Positions 26,666-39,600 of a DNA stretch of 64,000 nt are shown in pieces; within the stretch, counting starts at the first letter, position 1; each line of letters begins with the position of its first letter. Location of the stretch: positions 3,614,809-3,678,808 of the forward strand of contig MU008158.1 of assembly GCA_010909165.1 (NCBI GenBank), read 5' to 3'. Both the position numbers and the translations under genes were made by a program. Origin of the DNA: Anthoceros angustus. Its lineage: Eukaryota; Plantae; Anthocerotophyta. Under the pieces are notes generated by a model. The model did no database searches. It was not told where the DNA came from and saw only the letters and a program-made list of their open reading frames with translations.

Positions 26666-29600
26666 ATGGGTGATACACCTTGTCTTCTAACTTTGGTAGT
26701 AGTGAATCCTTCAAAGAAAAGGAGTTCAACAGGCAATGACTTTGATATCCGCTCATCCGGATGGAGGTGTTCTCGAGATGAGAGGCCTCCTTAAATATGC
26801 AACCGAAATGTAGAGTATCCCGCGAAGGGATATCGAAGCAGTTATTGGTTAGCTAAAGACAGCGAGCCAAGTACCTCATACGCATGGCTAACATCCAAAA
26901 TGTTGAGGCGTCTGGGTGAAGACTTCAGAAATCCTAACTCGCCTCAAGGAACTCTGAGGCGTAACATGGTCGTGCAATGAGCTTACGAAACTTCCAAAAT
27001 TTGAGAATGAAGGATGGGGACTCGTGAAAAGCACGTGAGTACCTTCAGGACCCTAGCTTCAAGGCTTGGTGCCTCCAAAGTCACCATAGGAGACGCGAAA
27101 TGGTGATGAGACTCCTTCTTTCTCTTCCAATCGTGGTCACACTTTGTGACTTCACATATCCCGATGCATAGTGCTACATTGTTAGCCAAGAAACAAGGTG
27201 TGGAAATGCCGAGATGAGCTTTTCACAGGTGAGCTCAATGCTTCAAGAGGAAGCAAGCAAGACCAACTATAGGCGTGCGAAGCAACAGCCTCATACATCC
27301 AACCAAGGACGAGGAGGTAGAAGAACCTTCTCAAAGGGTGGTAGCAGCAGTAATTTCAAGGGTGCTGGCCAACAGGGAACCAACACTCCATACAAGAAAA
27401 CCAAAAAGGCATGTACTTGTAACTGGTGCAAGTTACTTGGCCATTGGGAACGTGAGTGTCGTAAGAAGCAGGCTGGAGTTCCTCGCAAGGAGGGATCTTC
27501 AGCTGAGACACACGTTGTGGTTAAGAAGCAAAATACTCATACGCCTTCATGGAACAAGGGAGTTTGCAAGTCCACTTCTGCTACCCACATGCTTGTCTGC
27601 CAAAGCATATTTTAAACCCACTGCTGAGTGGTATCTCGACACAGGAGCCACAGCTCATATTTGCTTTGACAGAAACGCATTCTTAACATACAGGCCACTT
27701 GTTGACCAGTATGTGTATCTTGGAGACGATAGGTCTCTTGTCTCCTGGTCGAGGTACTGTAGACTTGCCAGTTCCTACTGGACTAACCCTCAAATTGCAG
27801 GATGTCTACTATGTACCTGACATGACAAGAAACCTCATCTCAGTTAGAAGATCAGCATAATAGCAGCCATGTGCTATTTACTAGAATGTGTCCGATTATA
27901 GATGCATTTGACCATAGGAAGGTACTTGCATATGGGTCTTGGACCATGACTGTTGCTCCATTTGAATAGTGGAATAGTTGAGTCCCACGACACAGGATGT
28001 CTCCAAGGCATCAGACACAGAGATAAATCTCGTTGTGGCATGCCCGCTTAGGTCATCCACACATGGCAAAGCCGCAAAGTTAGCATTAGTGACCTTTACA
28101 GGATGGACCCATTGGTCCCTTGACCTCAATTCCATTATGTGAGGCTTGTGTTCTTTCTAAGAGACATCAAGCACCTTCAAAAATCGTGCCCCTCACCGCA
28201 AGTGATCTTCTTGAACTTGTCCATACAGAGTGTGGACCTCTGTCCTGTGATTCAATTGGTGGAGGAAAATATTTCCTCACATTCACCGATGACAAGAGCA
28301 GATTTGTCACAACATACATCCTGAAACAGAAGAGCGAGTGTTTCTCCTACTTCAAGGAGTATATCAAGTTTCGATGGACGAGGAAGCGGTGAAAACCTTA
28401 AGATCGATAATGGTGGGGAATTCACATCACATGAATTCCAGGCCTATTGCAAGGATGAAGGAATAGGTAGGCGCTCACGCTTGTCTACACTCCACGCGAG
28501 CAGGGTGGCGGGCGTCTCAACCTCACATTGCGGAAAATGACCTCCTCTTTGCTCCATGACGCAAACCCTTGCCATATTGTGAGGCCCTTATGACTTCAAC
28601 TTACCTACGCAATGTTACCTACTTAATGGACAGACCCCATATGAGGTGTTCAGGAAGGAAGCCATCTCTTAAACATTTAAGGACCTTTGGTTGCCTTGCC
28701 TACGCCTTTATCCCTAAAGAGAAGCGGAAGAAGCTTTGACAAAGCTAGAAAGCTACTCATGCTGGGATATACAGAGGGCATAAAAGCATACAAACCTGTA
28801 TGATGTTCCCACCAACAAAGTTATTTATGCTGAGTGTTACCTTTAATGAGGCACGCACTTGGGCTTCGTGGGAGCAGAAGCATCCTCCAACAGATGACGA
28901 TACGGATGACATCTCGATCCTCATTTTGATCTTCCGACCATGGCACTCGGTCTAGCTCCCCTTGAGAATATTGCTCGCTGGTGGGGAATATGCAACAGAG
29001 CAAGCTCTAGATGACGCAGCCACTATGCCCGCATACCATCATACAGATCAATTTCCTCGACAACATGATACACAACTCGATGCCGCTCAACTGACCCAGT
29101 TGATCAATGATGACACGCTTGAGGACATACCGATGAACCCGATGAAGCACCTCGAGCGAACTCGTCCGATATCCTACTCGTGATGAAGACCCCGATTATT
29201 ATTGTGCCTGACTTGAACTTCTTCCCATAATGTGAGGGTCAATGCTGCAAGCTCTCTTGATCCCATAGAACCTCAAACCTATGCTGAGGCGTTGACTAGA
29301 CCTGATCACAAAGAGTGGGAGAGAGCCATACAGTTAGAATATGACTCGCTCATAGAAAATGGCACATGGGAGATAGCAAAATTACCCCCTGGAAGAATGG
29401 TGTCTTGTAAATGGGTCTTCAAATTAAAGGTGAAAGCTGATGGTACCTTTGACAGGTACAAAGCTAGGCTAGTAGCAAGAGGATTCTCACAGATTCCTGG
29501 ACTTGATTACCAAGAGACCTTTGCTCCCGTTGTAAAGCTAGCCACACTTCGTGTCCTCCTTGCAGTATCAACATACAATGATTATGAACTGCAAATGTAT

Positions 29601-30760
29601 GACGTGAAAACAGCCTTCTTGCATGGAAAGCTGGACACAGAGATATACATGCAGCAACCTCCTGGATTTGAGGTGAAAGGGAAAGAGGACCATGTATGCA
29701 GACTTATCAAGTCTCTGTATGGTCTTAAACAATCTGCTATGAAGTGGAATGTAGAGTTGGACTCAGAACTCCAAGCCCTAGATTTCACCAAAAGCCTTGC
29801 ACGTAGCCTCTACATTTCTGAAAAGAAGATGTAATCACACAGCGGTATCGTTGACGACTTGATTCTCGCTAAATGACGAGGACTTTATTAAGAAGATAAC
29901 AGACATGCTCGCTAAGAGATTCAAAATGTCCAGATCTTGGACCTTTACATAGCCTTGGTATACACATACAAAGAAATAGGCGGCTAGGATTATGACGCTT
30001 ACACAGCCTAGATATCTCCTAGAAAGTGCAGAGCAACCTGGCCTCAAGGATGCCAAACTGCGCAACACCCATGCCCAGTGGATCGAGGCTTAGCAAGCTC
30101 ATGTCCCTTCAACACAAGAAGAAAAGGAACATATGAGGGAATTCCTTACAGTGTGGTGTTAAGTTGATATATGCTTCAAACACAACAAGGTTAGAAGTTG
30201 CCTACACCACAAGCGATTTCTAATTCTTGGAGAATCCAGTCAAGAACATCGGACTAGTTTGAAACGTGTCTCCGATACCTAAAAGGCACATGAACATGGG
30301 CATCGACATACAAACATGAGAAGGAAAACCCCTAGACCTCAAGTCTGACTGACTATGCAGTGATATTGATGAAAATCATCTGCTATGTCATATCGATTCT
30401 TGGAGGACCAGTTGGTCGAGCAAAAAATCGTGGCTTTATCTCGATCAAGCAGAGTATAGAGTCCGACTTGACTAAAGAAATTGTGTGGTGCAAGTTACTC
30501 TTCCAGGACTTGGTATACCAATTCCCACCAGATGAATTAACACACAATCGTGGTTCCATGTCACTTGCTAAGAACCCGTGTTTCATGCACACGAAACATG
30601 TGGAGGTCGAATACCACTACATCGAGGTCCGGTGACAACAGGAAAATTGAGCAATATGTACCGACTCAAGACAATCCTGGACATGTTTACCAAGGCTCTC
30701 ACCGAGAGCTCCACAACAAACATGTTCGAGTTTGGGGCTTGGGGACTCAAGCGAGTTCTT
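26666..30760 (+). pseudogene. Copia B gag-pol (gag, knuckle, protease, integrase, RT, RNase H); many apparent frameshifts
   Basis: CNWCKLLGHWEREC (27418-27459), WYLDTGATAHIC (~27630), WHARLGH-like, GGKYFLTFTDDKSRF, RT 29232-29834 (YKARLVARGF, DVKTAFLHG, SLYGLKQS), HTKHVEVEYHYI (~30590). Confidence 0.92.
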
Positions 30761-32099
30761 GACCTCAACTACCAACAAGGTCTAATCCAAGCAAACCTAA
30801 AAACCAGTCAAACTAGGATCCGAGGAGTAGCAAATCAATTTCCAGATCAGAAGACTCGAGGCGATTCATCCTCATATGAATCTTTTCCAGTAAGCTAACG
30901 ATGAGAAGCTCTCATCGGACCTTGGAGAATTACGTTTCTCGCTCTTCATAGGAAATCCTCTCGCTTCAAGGTCTTCCTCTTCTTCAATCCTCAAGTTGGA
31001 ACCTTCGGAGACAGTGGGAGTAGTTAGCAAGATGGCTAAGGCTTGGTCAAGATAAATGGAAACACGCAGATGTAAACCGAAAGGGACTTACGATATATGC
31101 TTACAACGTGCCACAGGTAGGCGCGCGACAGAACGCACATCAACACGTTCATGATGATCTCGACTCTTCCATAGTCAGGTCTTGTACCAGTGCTTGAGGA
31201 CGAGCAAGAGTTGCATAACTCACCGGTTTAGTCTCTGTAGATAATCGTTGGGCCTAGGAAATTTGGAGGCGGTGAGGGCGAGCTTCATCTTGAGAATCGG
31301 TACTCACCTGAACGGATGCTTCTTCACGGACTTGTCACCGCGGCTCTTCTTTCTCTAAGATGCCATTGGTTCCCTTGGGCGTCCTCTTCCTCTCTTTGCC
31401 GGCTTTGAATGAGCTCACTTGGGCATTGTTCTTGCAAAGAATCGCCCGGGCGTCACGAGGTTGAGCTCGGCGCTTGAGAGCGAGCCGGACTCGGCGAGGC
31501 GGAGACATGGTGGCGCACGATCTTGCTCCTAGCACCTCGAGAGTAAGAGACTAAGTATGCCATTAAGAGGAAGGCGCACCTCATTTGTGCCGTCTTCTTC
31601 ACGGAACAAGGCATCTTGCTCGATACATGGCTGGGCGAATCCATAAGAGAAGCGGGCTATGGCGCTAGAAGAATCAATACACCGGTGAACTCCCACGGCA
31701 CCGCAGAGGCTCGGAGGATCACAATCTGAAATCATGATCAACAAGTGGGAGTAATGAATAGATGTGTTGGAGTCATGATTAGGGTTGTATTAATTGGGTT
31801 TAGTTAAAGCTATAGTACATGACCGCTCATTAGGGTTACGCTTGAGAAACGTTATGTCTTTTCACATTTAGTTTAAGTTGTCTTTTCATGCATAAGCACT
31901 TTAACCCCTTTCTTGATATACAATGTAATTACTTAATGATGTGATTTATTTCTACATAATCTATATAATATTGTTACAATTGGCAGCCAAGGAGGCCCAA
32001 GGCGGAGGCGGCAGGAGTTGGAGCAGGAGGCGGAGGCGGCAGGAGGCGGAGGCGCCCGCGAAGCGTAATCGGGCGCGGACCGGTGAGGCACTGACCGAC

Positions 32100-33085
32100 C
32101 AGAGCCAAGCCGAGAGGCTCGAAGGTGGCCAAGGAGGCGGAGGCCACGGCGGCCGATCGCGATCACTATGCGATCGAACCGGTGGAGGGAGGCGGCCGAG
32201 AGCCACGCCAATCAAGGCCGAGCAAGTGAGCAAGCACGAGCTGCAAACACCGAGGCCAAGACCCGGAAATGGGACCCTGCATGCAGGAGGTAGAAGGGAG
32301 GCGGCAGGAGTTGGAGGACAAGAAGGACACCTTGAGTTACAACCCAAGACGCTGGCTTGGAGCAAGGAATTCTCAATGGGAGAATCCAGACTTCGAGCAG
32401 AGATAGAGCGCCCCCTCCTCAAGATGGAGCAGGAGGTGGCGGAGCAAGCACGACCAGCCCAGGCCAAGAAGTTCGAGGATGGAGGACCTCCACTCACCCG
32501 GAGGTGGAGCAGCGGCGAGATGGAGGACCGAAGGAGACTTTGAGCCGCAGCCCAAACTATCATTGAGAGGAATGGTAGTTCCAGGACATGGTCGCGAACG
32601 CGACCGGAAATAGAGCGGCTCCGCCCGCTGGCGACTGAGCCGCAGAAGGCGATCGCGATCACTATCAGGCGTGAGGGAGGCGGCAGGAGGCGGAGGTGGA
32701 GCAACAAGGCGGGTGGCGGCCAGACAAGCAGGCCGCGGCTGCACAGAGGCCACCTGGAAATGGGACCTCGGGCCTTGTTGCAGGAGGTAGAAGGCGGCAG
32801 GAGTTGGAGGGCAAGGACACCTTGAGTTACAACCCAAGACGCTGGGCCAGCAATTCTCAATGGGAGAATCAGGACTTGACGAGATAGCGCCTCCAGCTCA
32901 CAAGATGGAGCAGGAGGTGGCGGAGCAAGCACGACCAGCCGGGGGCCAAGAAGTTCATGACGAGATGGAGGACCTCCGGACTCACTCGGGAGGTGGAAAA
33001 GCGGCCGGGAGATGGAGGACCGCAAGGAGACTTTGAGCCGGCTCAAACTATCATTGAGAGGAATGGTAGTGCAAGGACATGGTCA
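32100..33085. repeat. Noisy tandem duplication of ~0.49 kb inside ORF-Z2
   Basis: AAGGACACCTTGAGTTACAACCCAAGACGCTGG occurs at ~32323 and ~32813; AAACTATCATTGAGAGGAATGGTAGT at ~32554 and ~33045. Confidence 0.8.
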
Positions 33086-34953
33086 GGCAGCGGCAAAATC
33101 GGCGGCTCCGGCTCTGCGTGGCGGGATGGCGATGGAGCAGGAGGCGGGGCGTCGAGATGGAGAAAGAAGCCTGCAGCCTGGCGACCGTCTGGAGCGGAGA
33201 TGGCGGAGTTAAGCATAATGGACAAGAGGCGAGGGCGCCGGAAGCGTGAAGCCGTCCACCGAGGAAGTCGGAAGGAACGCCGCTATGGCGTCAAGGAACC
33301 AAGCGAGGAGTTGGAGCAGGGAGCAACCGACGGAGGTGACCGAGGCACTGGCACTCGAGAAGCAGCCCCAGCCTATCAAACTTGGCGGGAGGTGGAGCAA
33401 CAAGGCAATGTGCTCAGCCTCCCGAGCACCTATGGCGAAGGGAGTACGGTGCTCAAGACGTGGAAGAGGCAATCCAAAGAAGTGGATTCGGACTTTGCCT
33501 ATTACCACACCGAGCTCCTCAAGGCTGAGGCCTCTACCGCCACGCAGACGGACCGAAGGCCTGAGGGGAAGAAGGGCACGGGATGACAGACCCTAGGGGC
33601 CCTGCTTGGAGACGACACAAGGAGAGGAGCCCCAAGAGGAGCGGACGCAGGACCCCAAGGTAAGTTCACCACCACCCGATCCGGCCAAGGGGTGAGGGCC
33701 CGCAGGGGTGCAAGGGAGCCAACCCAACCAAGACAAGGGCTCGGGGTAAGGAGGAGGACCAAAGACGAGGTCCACGGGAAGGGGGTCCGAGTTTGGGGAT
33801 CGGACTGAATAAGTACGGACCCCGAGGTCCGAACCCCGAGACGAGGGCCCACCGGCCTGACTGGAAATAAGCCGGACCCTTGGAGTTCAGTTCGAGTCGA
33901 GACCGACTCGAGGTCCGGACCAAGAAGGAGGAGCCCCTTCGACTTACGCTAGGGAGCAGACAATGGTGGCCCCACCGGAGGGGACCCACGGAAGGCTGTG
34001 AGGATGACGCACCACCGCCGACCACGCAGAGCTAGCCCAACCCGGCTGTGATTCCGGAGAAAGGAGGTCTACCGGATCATCCGATTGCGCGCCGAATTGT
34101 CGTATGAGATTGGACCACCAATCCCAAGGCGGAACGGGACCTTCCCACACCGCGGGAGATAGGGGAAGGAAATAGGATGGTAGGCGGCCGATTAGGCATA
34201 CCGAAATGGGCCGTCACCGTAATAGGGGTGTAATAAAGACGACCGGGCGTAGTATAAGAGGGTCCGCCTCAATAAATCATCTTTTCCTTGGTGTTGATGC
34301 CGCTCTGCGCACCTTGTGTGTCTTCTTGATAACGTGAGTCCCGAGTCACCGAAAGGTGCACGATACCGGAGGGATCGATCGTGGTCCCGTGACGGACCTA
34401 ACGTGTTGTGGTGTGCAGAAGGGTGATCGGGGACCCGTGCTCGCCCGTAGCCGCGCCCACGAACGGACCGAACGTGTGAGCCGGAGGGACTTCGGAGGGG
34501 CGGCCTGGACGGAGAGGCCCGTGGAACGGAGGAGGTCCTGATGTAACCCGCCTTCCTTAAGACCGATAAGTGTAGTGTGAGTGGAGAGAGGAGGAGAGAG
34601 ACGAACGGAACGAAACGGACGCGAACGGGTCCTTAAACGCTTAGCCATACCGCGGTGTTTGTCGTGAGTAGTTAGGCGTGAACTAAGGTGTGTGTAGGAC
34701 CGAGCGGACGAAAGTAAGACGAGAATCACGAACGCAGAACGGAGTCCGCTATTCCTTTGGGAACGAACTCCTTCCTACAACGACACGGGATTGTGCGCGC
34801 CCGGCTGGCCGTCAGCAAAAGTCGCGCCACAACTAAACACAGTAAGCCTAGATGACCTTCACGTAAAAAATCATTAACGCAGAAAACCACGAGGAGGTGC
34901 TGCGCGCGAGGAGAAGGCCACCACGAGGCTCGAATGCAAGCTCAGTACACGGT

Positions 34954-36638
34954 TGTTGGGAGTCAATCATCCATCTCGAGTCCTGGATAGGAATCCCGCC
35001 AGCTCTTAAGGATGGCCACCCACGCTGTCGCCCTCTCACGCAAACCCACTTCACGCTTGCCTCGCATCCGGCTACTAAGCTTTGATCATGGTGACACGGA
35101 GAGGAATTGATTACTTGGTCAGAATCTGAATGTAAGCAGGCGGCAGGCGCAGCCCACATTAACCGCCACGAGCTCGGCATCCACGCAGGAGGAGCCAAGC
35201 ACGGAGCGGTCATGGGAGGGGCGCCACTGCACCGGCCAGCGCAGGAGGCTATCACGTGGAGCTCAACATTACACTGGTCTAGGGACGTGTGCGAGAAGGA
35301 GAAGAGATAAAGCTGCCCAAGGAGTCTTTAGGAGCAGAAGGTGAAGAAAGCCTCGTCAAGCAGCTGGAGAAAGCTGCAACCTTGCTGGAATTCCTGAAGA
35401 AGAAGCAATCAAGAGTAGGCCGTGAAGGAGGCGCCTAGGCGATTAGGTAGAAAGTTTTGCTTCATCCGGCCGGTCCTTCTAGCTCTTGTATATTCACTGT
35501 CCGATCCGACACTCATTTGTGTGTGCTTGTGTAATCGGACGCTGTGGGAGCATACATCATAAAATCTGGAAGCACGGCTTCCACCCCCCCCATACCCAGA
35601 TAAGGGCACATCACTGGTCAAAATAGGCAGAAAAATCGTGTAGTCCTAGGCCTTCCATGTGTATGTAATGCTTAGGTTTAGGCAGTCCCTTGGTCAAGAT
35701 ATCTGCTGTATTCCCGTCTATCGGGATGTAATCAACCTTGACAATCTCTCGTTCCACAACATCTCGTAGAAAATGTTGAATTTCATATGCTTTGTTGGGA
35801 GTCAATCATCCATCTCGAGTCCTGGATAGGAATCCCGCCAGCTCTTAAGGATGGCCACCCACGTTGCTGCCCTCATTGCGCAAACCCAGCTCTTCACGTT
35901 TGCCTGCATCCAGCTACTAAGCTTTCTGATCATGGTGACACGGAGAGGAATTGATTACTGCCGGTAATCAAGAATCGGCAAGGGCGCAGGCGCACCCACA
36001 CACCACGAGCCCCATCCACGCAGGAGGAGCCAAGCACTGAGCTGGCAGGGGCGCCACTGCACCGGCCAGCGCAGGAGGCTATCACGTGGAGCTCAACATT
36101 ACACCGGGTCTAGGGACGTGTAGAAGGAGAAGAGATAAAGCTGCCCAAGGAGTCTTTAGGAGCAGAAGGTGAAAGCTCCAAGTACTGGAGAAAGCTGCAA
36201 CCTTGCTGGAATTCCTGAAGAAGAAGCAGTCTGAAGAGTAGGGCTGCTGTGAAGGAGGCAGCTAGGCGATTAGGTAGAAAGTTTTGCTTCATCCGCCTGC
36301 TGGTCCTTCTAGCTCTTGTATATTCAGCCTGTCTGATCTGATTACCTGCTCATTTGTGTGTGCTTGTGCAGAACCTGGACGCCAGGGCGTGGGGAGCATA
36401 CATCATAAAATCTGGAAGCACGGCTTCCACCCCCCCCATACCCAGATAAGGGCACATCACTGGTCAAAATAGGCAGAAAAATCGTGTAGTCCTAGGCCTT
36501 CCATGTGTATGTAATGCTTAGGTTTAAAGTCGGTCAAGATATCTCACGATTCTGCCCATCGGGATGTAATCAACCTTGACAATCTCTCGTTCCACAACAT
36601 CTCGTATGTAGTGGTGTTGAATTTCAATATGCTTTGTT
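34954..36638. repeat. Tandem duplication of ~0.84 kb (LTR-like segment, PPT and RNase H tail): 34954-35792 and 35793-36634
   Basis: TGTTGGGAGTCAATCATCCATCTCGAG occurs at 34954 and 35793; GGCTTCCA plus a C-run at ~35583 and 36429. The junction has TGTT microhomology. Confidence 0.88.
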
Positions 36639-39600
36639 CGGGGATGATATTTGGGCTTGGCCACTAATTCCAGTGCACCTGTATTATCACAGAGGATAAG
36701 GGTAGGCTGGAGCTCCTTCTCGTCGAGGTCAGCGAGGAAGGTTCTCTCCCACTCAGCTTCCTTAGAGGCCTCGGCCACGATTTGTACTGATTGGTCATTG
36801 AGGGATATGGAAGCTTTGTTTGCGCCCAGTCGTTACAAGATTGGCCACAGAAACAATAGGTTGAAAGATCACGGAGTCGGAATGCGGCCCAATCTACATC
36901 CGTGAACCCTGTAAGTGTAAGCCTAGAATGTCCGCTTCGTCTGTACATAAGCCCATAACGAATTGTGCCCTTTAGGTAACGAAATATGCGTTTGACAGCT
37001 ACCCAATGGGGCCTGCCAGGATTCTTGAGAAACTGTGAGACAGTGCTCACTGAATATTGGATGTCTGGCCTGGTCCAGTTGGCCACAAAAATCAAACTAC
37101 CGACAGCATGTCGATAAGGTACATCAGCCATGTCCGTTTTGTCAGCTTGTGTTTCAGGGCACTGTTCTCGCGTGAGCTTGACTCCTGTTGCATATGGTGT
37201 AGCTGCTGGGCGTGCTTGGTCCAGGTGAAACTTGCGCAAAATCTCATTAACATACTTGAATTGGTGGATGTACATGAGGCCCTCGGAGCGGACTCGCAGC
37301 AACTGGATGCCAAGACAGAACTTGAGCTCACCGATATCCTTCATGTCGAACTTACTGGAGAGCTTGGCCTTGACATCTGATAGCAGCTTCTGATCATTTG
37401 TGGCAAAGATCACATCATCCACATAAAGGGCGAGAAGGACAAGAGAAGAGCCACGGGTAAGCTTGTAAACATTCGTGTCCGCTACACTCTGTACAAAGTC
37501 GATGCTGATTAAGTAGAGATGCATGGTTAAATACCACACTCTCCCACTCTGTTTCAAGCCATATATACACTTCAAGAGCTTGAGCACTTTGTCTGGATGT
37601 GCAGGGTCTTCATAAGCTTTAGGCTGGAGCATGTAAAGTTCCTCATCTAAAGCTCCATACAAGAACGTTGTACCGACGTCCATCTGGTGTAAGTCAAGGT
37701 CATGTTCTGTGGCATAAGCGAGGAGGATTCGAATGGATTGTGTTCTCACGATAGGTGAGAACGTTTCTTGGTAGTCCAAACCCTCTACTTGCGTGAACCC
37801 TCGTGCAACCAATCTAGCTTTGAATCTAGCCACCTCACCTTTGGCATTTAACTTGAGTTTGAAAACCCATTTGCAGGAGATGGCCTTGCGCCCTGGTGGA
37901 AGATCTGTCAGTGTCCAGGTCTTATTTTTCACAAGAGACTGGTACTCATCCTCGACAGCAGCTTTCCATTGTTCACATTCATGCCCATTGAAGGCATGCT
38001 GTAGGCTAATAGGCTCATCCGGCAGAGAGGTCTTAACTGCGAGGTTGGTCCTAAAGTCCACAGATTGGTATCTAGGCTCTGCCCATTCAGAAGGAGGTGG
38101 ACGATAGCGAGTTGAGCGTCTAGGCTCAAAAACAAGTGGTTCCTCTACTGGTTCATTGACAAACAGGTCCAGGTCATAAGCAAGGTCCGGCAGCCCCTCA
38201 TGGTCCCGGATGTAAGCCATCAACCGTAGAATCGTCCTACCCATCATCCTCGTTTCTTGAGGCTCGCTGTATACAACTTGTGCATCGATCATTCGACCGC
38301 TGGGTCACTGCAAGCTCCATCAGACGAGCTCCACAGTGCTTCGGTTGAAGGTATGATAGGTGGTATTTCAACCAGTTCCATGTCATCCAAGGGAGATTCA
38401 GCTGGATCAGCTGATGTGACATCATCGTCATCTGCTGTCATGGGTAGAAGATCTTGTGTTGTACTAGAGGCTGGTGAATTAGTGTCACACTTCGAGCAAG
38501 CAGCATACAGTCTTGTAGTGGGTTGTATAGTCTATAGGCTTTCACATGCTCACTATAACCACAAAAATCAGTCCTTGAGCACGAGGTTCCAGCTTCCTTC
38601 GTTTTTTAACGGGGATATATGCGAATGCACGTGAGCCAAATACCCTTAGATGTAACAAGCTAGGTCTCCTGTTCCAGAACACGTCACATGGTGTCTTTTG
38701 TGGGACAGAGCTCGTGAGAACCCTGTTCAAGATGTATGTGGCTGTTACAATTGCCTCAGCCCAATATCCTTGTGGTAAGCCTGCCCAAATAAGCATGCTT
38801 CTAGTCATACCGAGCAACGTCTGATTTTTCCTCTCAGATACACCGTTCTGTTGTGGTGTGTAGGGAACTGTTAGCTGGCGAAGGATGCCATGTCCCTGGA
38901 GCAGCTCATCAAAAGATGAGTTTACAAACTCCGACCCATTGTCTGTCCTTAGTATTTTAAGAAGCATGCCACATTGCCTTTGAGCTGTAAAGAGCCAGTC
39001 TCTAAAAATGCTGAAGGTATCACTTTTAAGCTGCAATGGGAACGTCCATGTGTATCTGCTGAAGTCGTCAGTTAGGGTAAAGAAATAATGAGATCCTCCC
39101 AAGGACGGCTCATGTATCCTTCCAGATATATCAGCATGAACTAATTCCAGCACTTGTGTGGCTCTGTGTGCAGGGGTACTGGGGAATGGAGATTCCTTTT
39201 GCTTTGCTAAGATGCAAGATTCACAGACAGGTAAGTCCTTGAAACATTTCGGCAAAGGTTCTCTATGACATTCAGTAACAGACATGTCAATCAGCTTAGA
39301 TCTATTGACGTGACCTAACCTAGCATGCCACAAGACTACCTCCTGCTTAGAACTAAGCAACTGTGTGGCAGTGGAATGTGTAGCGTGCTTGGAAACAGGT
39401 GGCTGGCTACATACTATGTTCAACCTGTAAAGGTCGTGATCTAGTATGCCTTTGAAGACACATTTTTCAGGATATGCCTTCCTGTAGAACGAACAGTGGT
39501 TGAAGTCAGCACGCATACAAAAGGTACGTGATTGCATCAGCCTACTCATGGACATGAGGTTCTTGGCCATGCTGGGTACATACAACACATCTTCTAACGT

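Larger units (their letters stand above)
25338..31978 (+). mobile_element. Copia B: full-length Ty1/copia (6.64 kb, ~224 bp LTRs) inserted in element A
   Basis: LTRs 25338-25561 and 31755-31978 have TGTAA...TTACA-type ends and differ only by small indels. PBS-like TGGTATCGAGC at 25562; PPT AAGTGGGAGTAA at 31743-31754. No TSD recognisable. Confidence 0.92.
23805..33586 (+). pseudogene. ORF-Z2: long ORF antisense to element A (23805-25337 and 31979-33586), split by copia B and frameshifted
   Basis: Starts MAPKKPAEVWEPW...WTFDSVTLVREF...EDPRRWTLEVLRAAYNRPKEEE. A low-complexity middle follows, and an Arg/Glu/Gln-rich coiled-coil-like part resumes after the copia B 3' LTR. Confidence 0.6.

Noticed and set aside
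25333-31983. Target-site duplication for copia B
   Set aside because: The flanks ACTAA and ATTGG do not match, so none is claimed.
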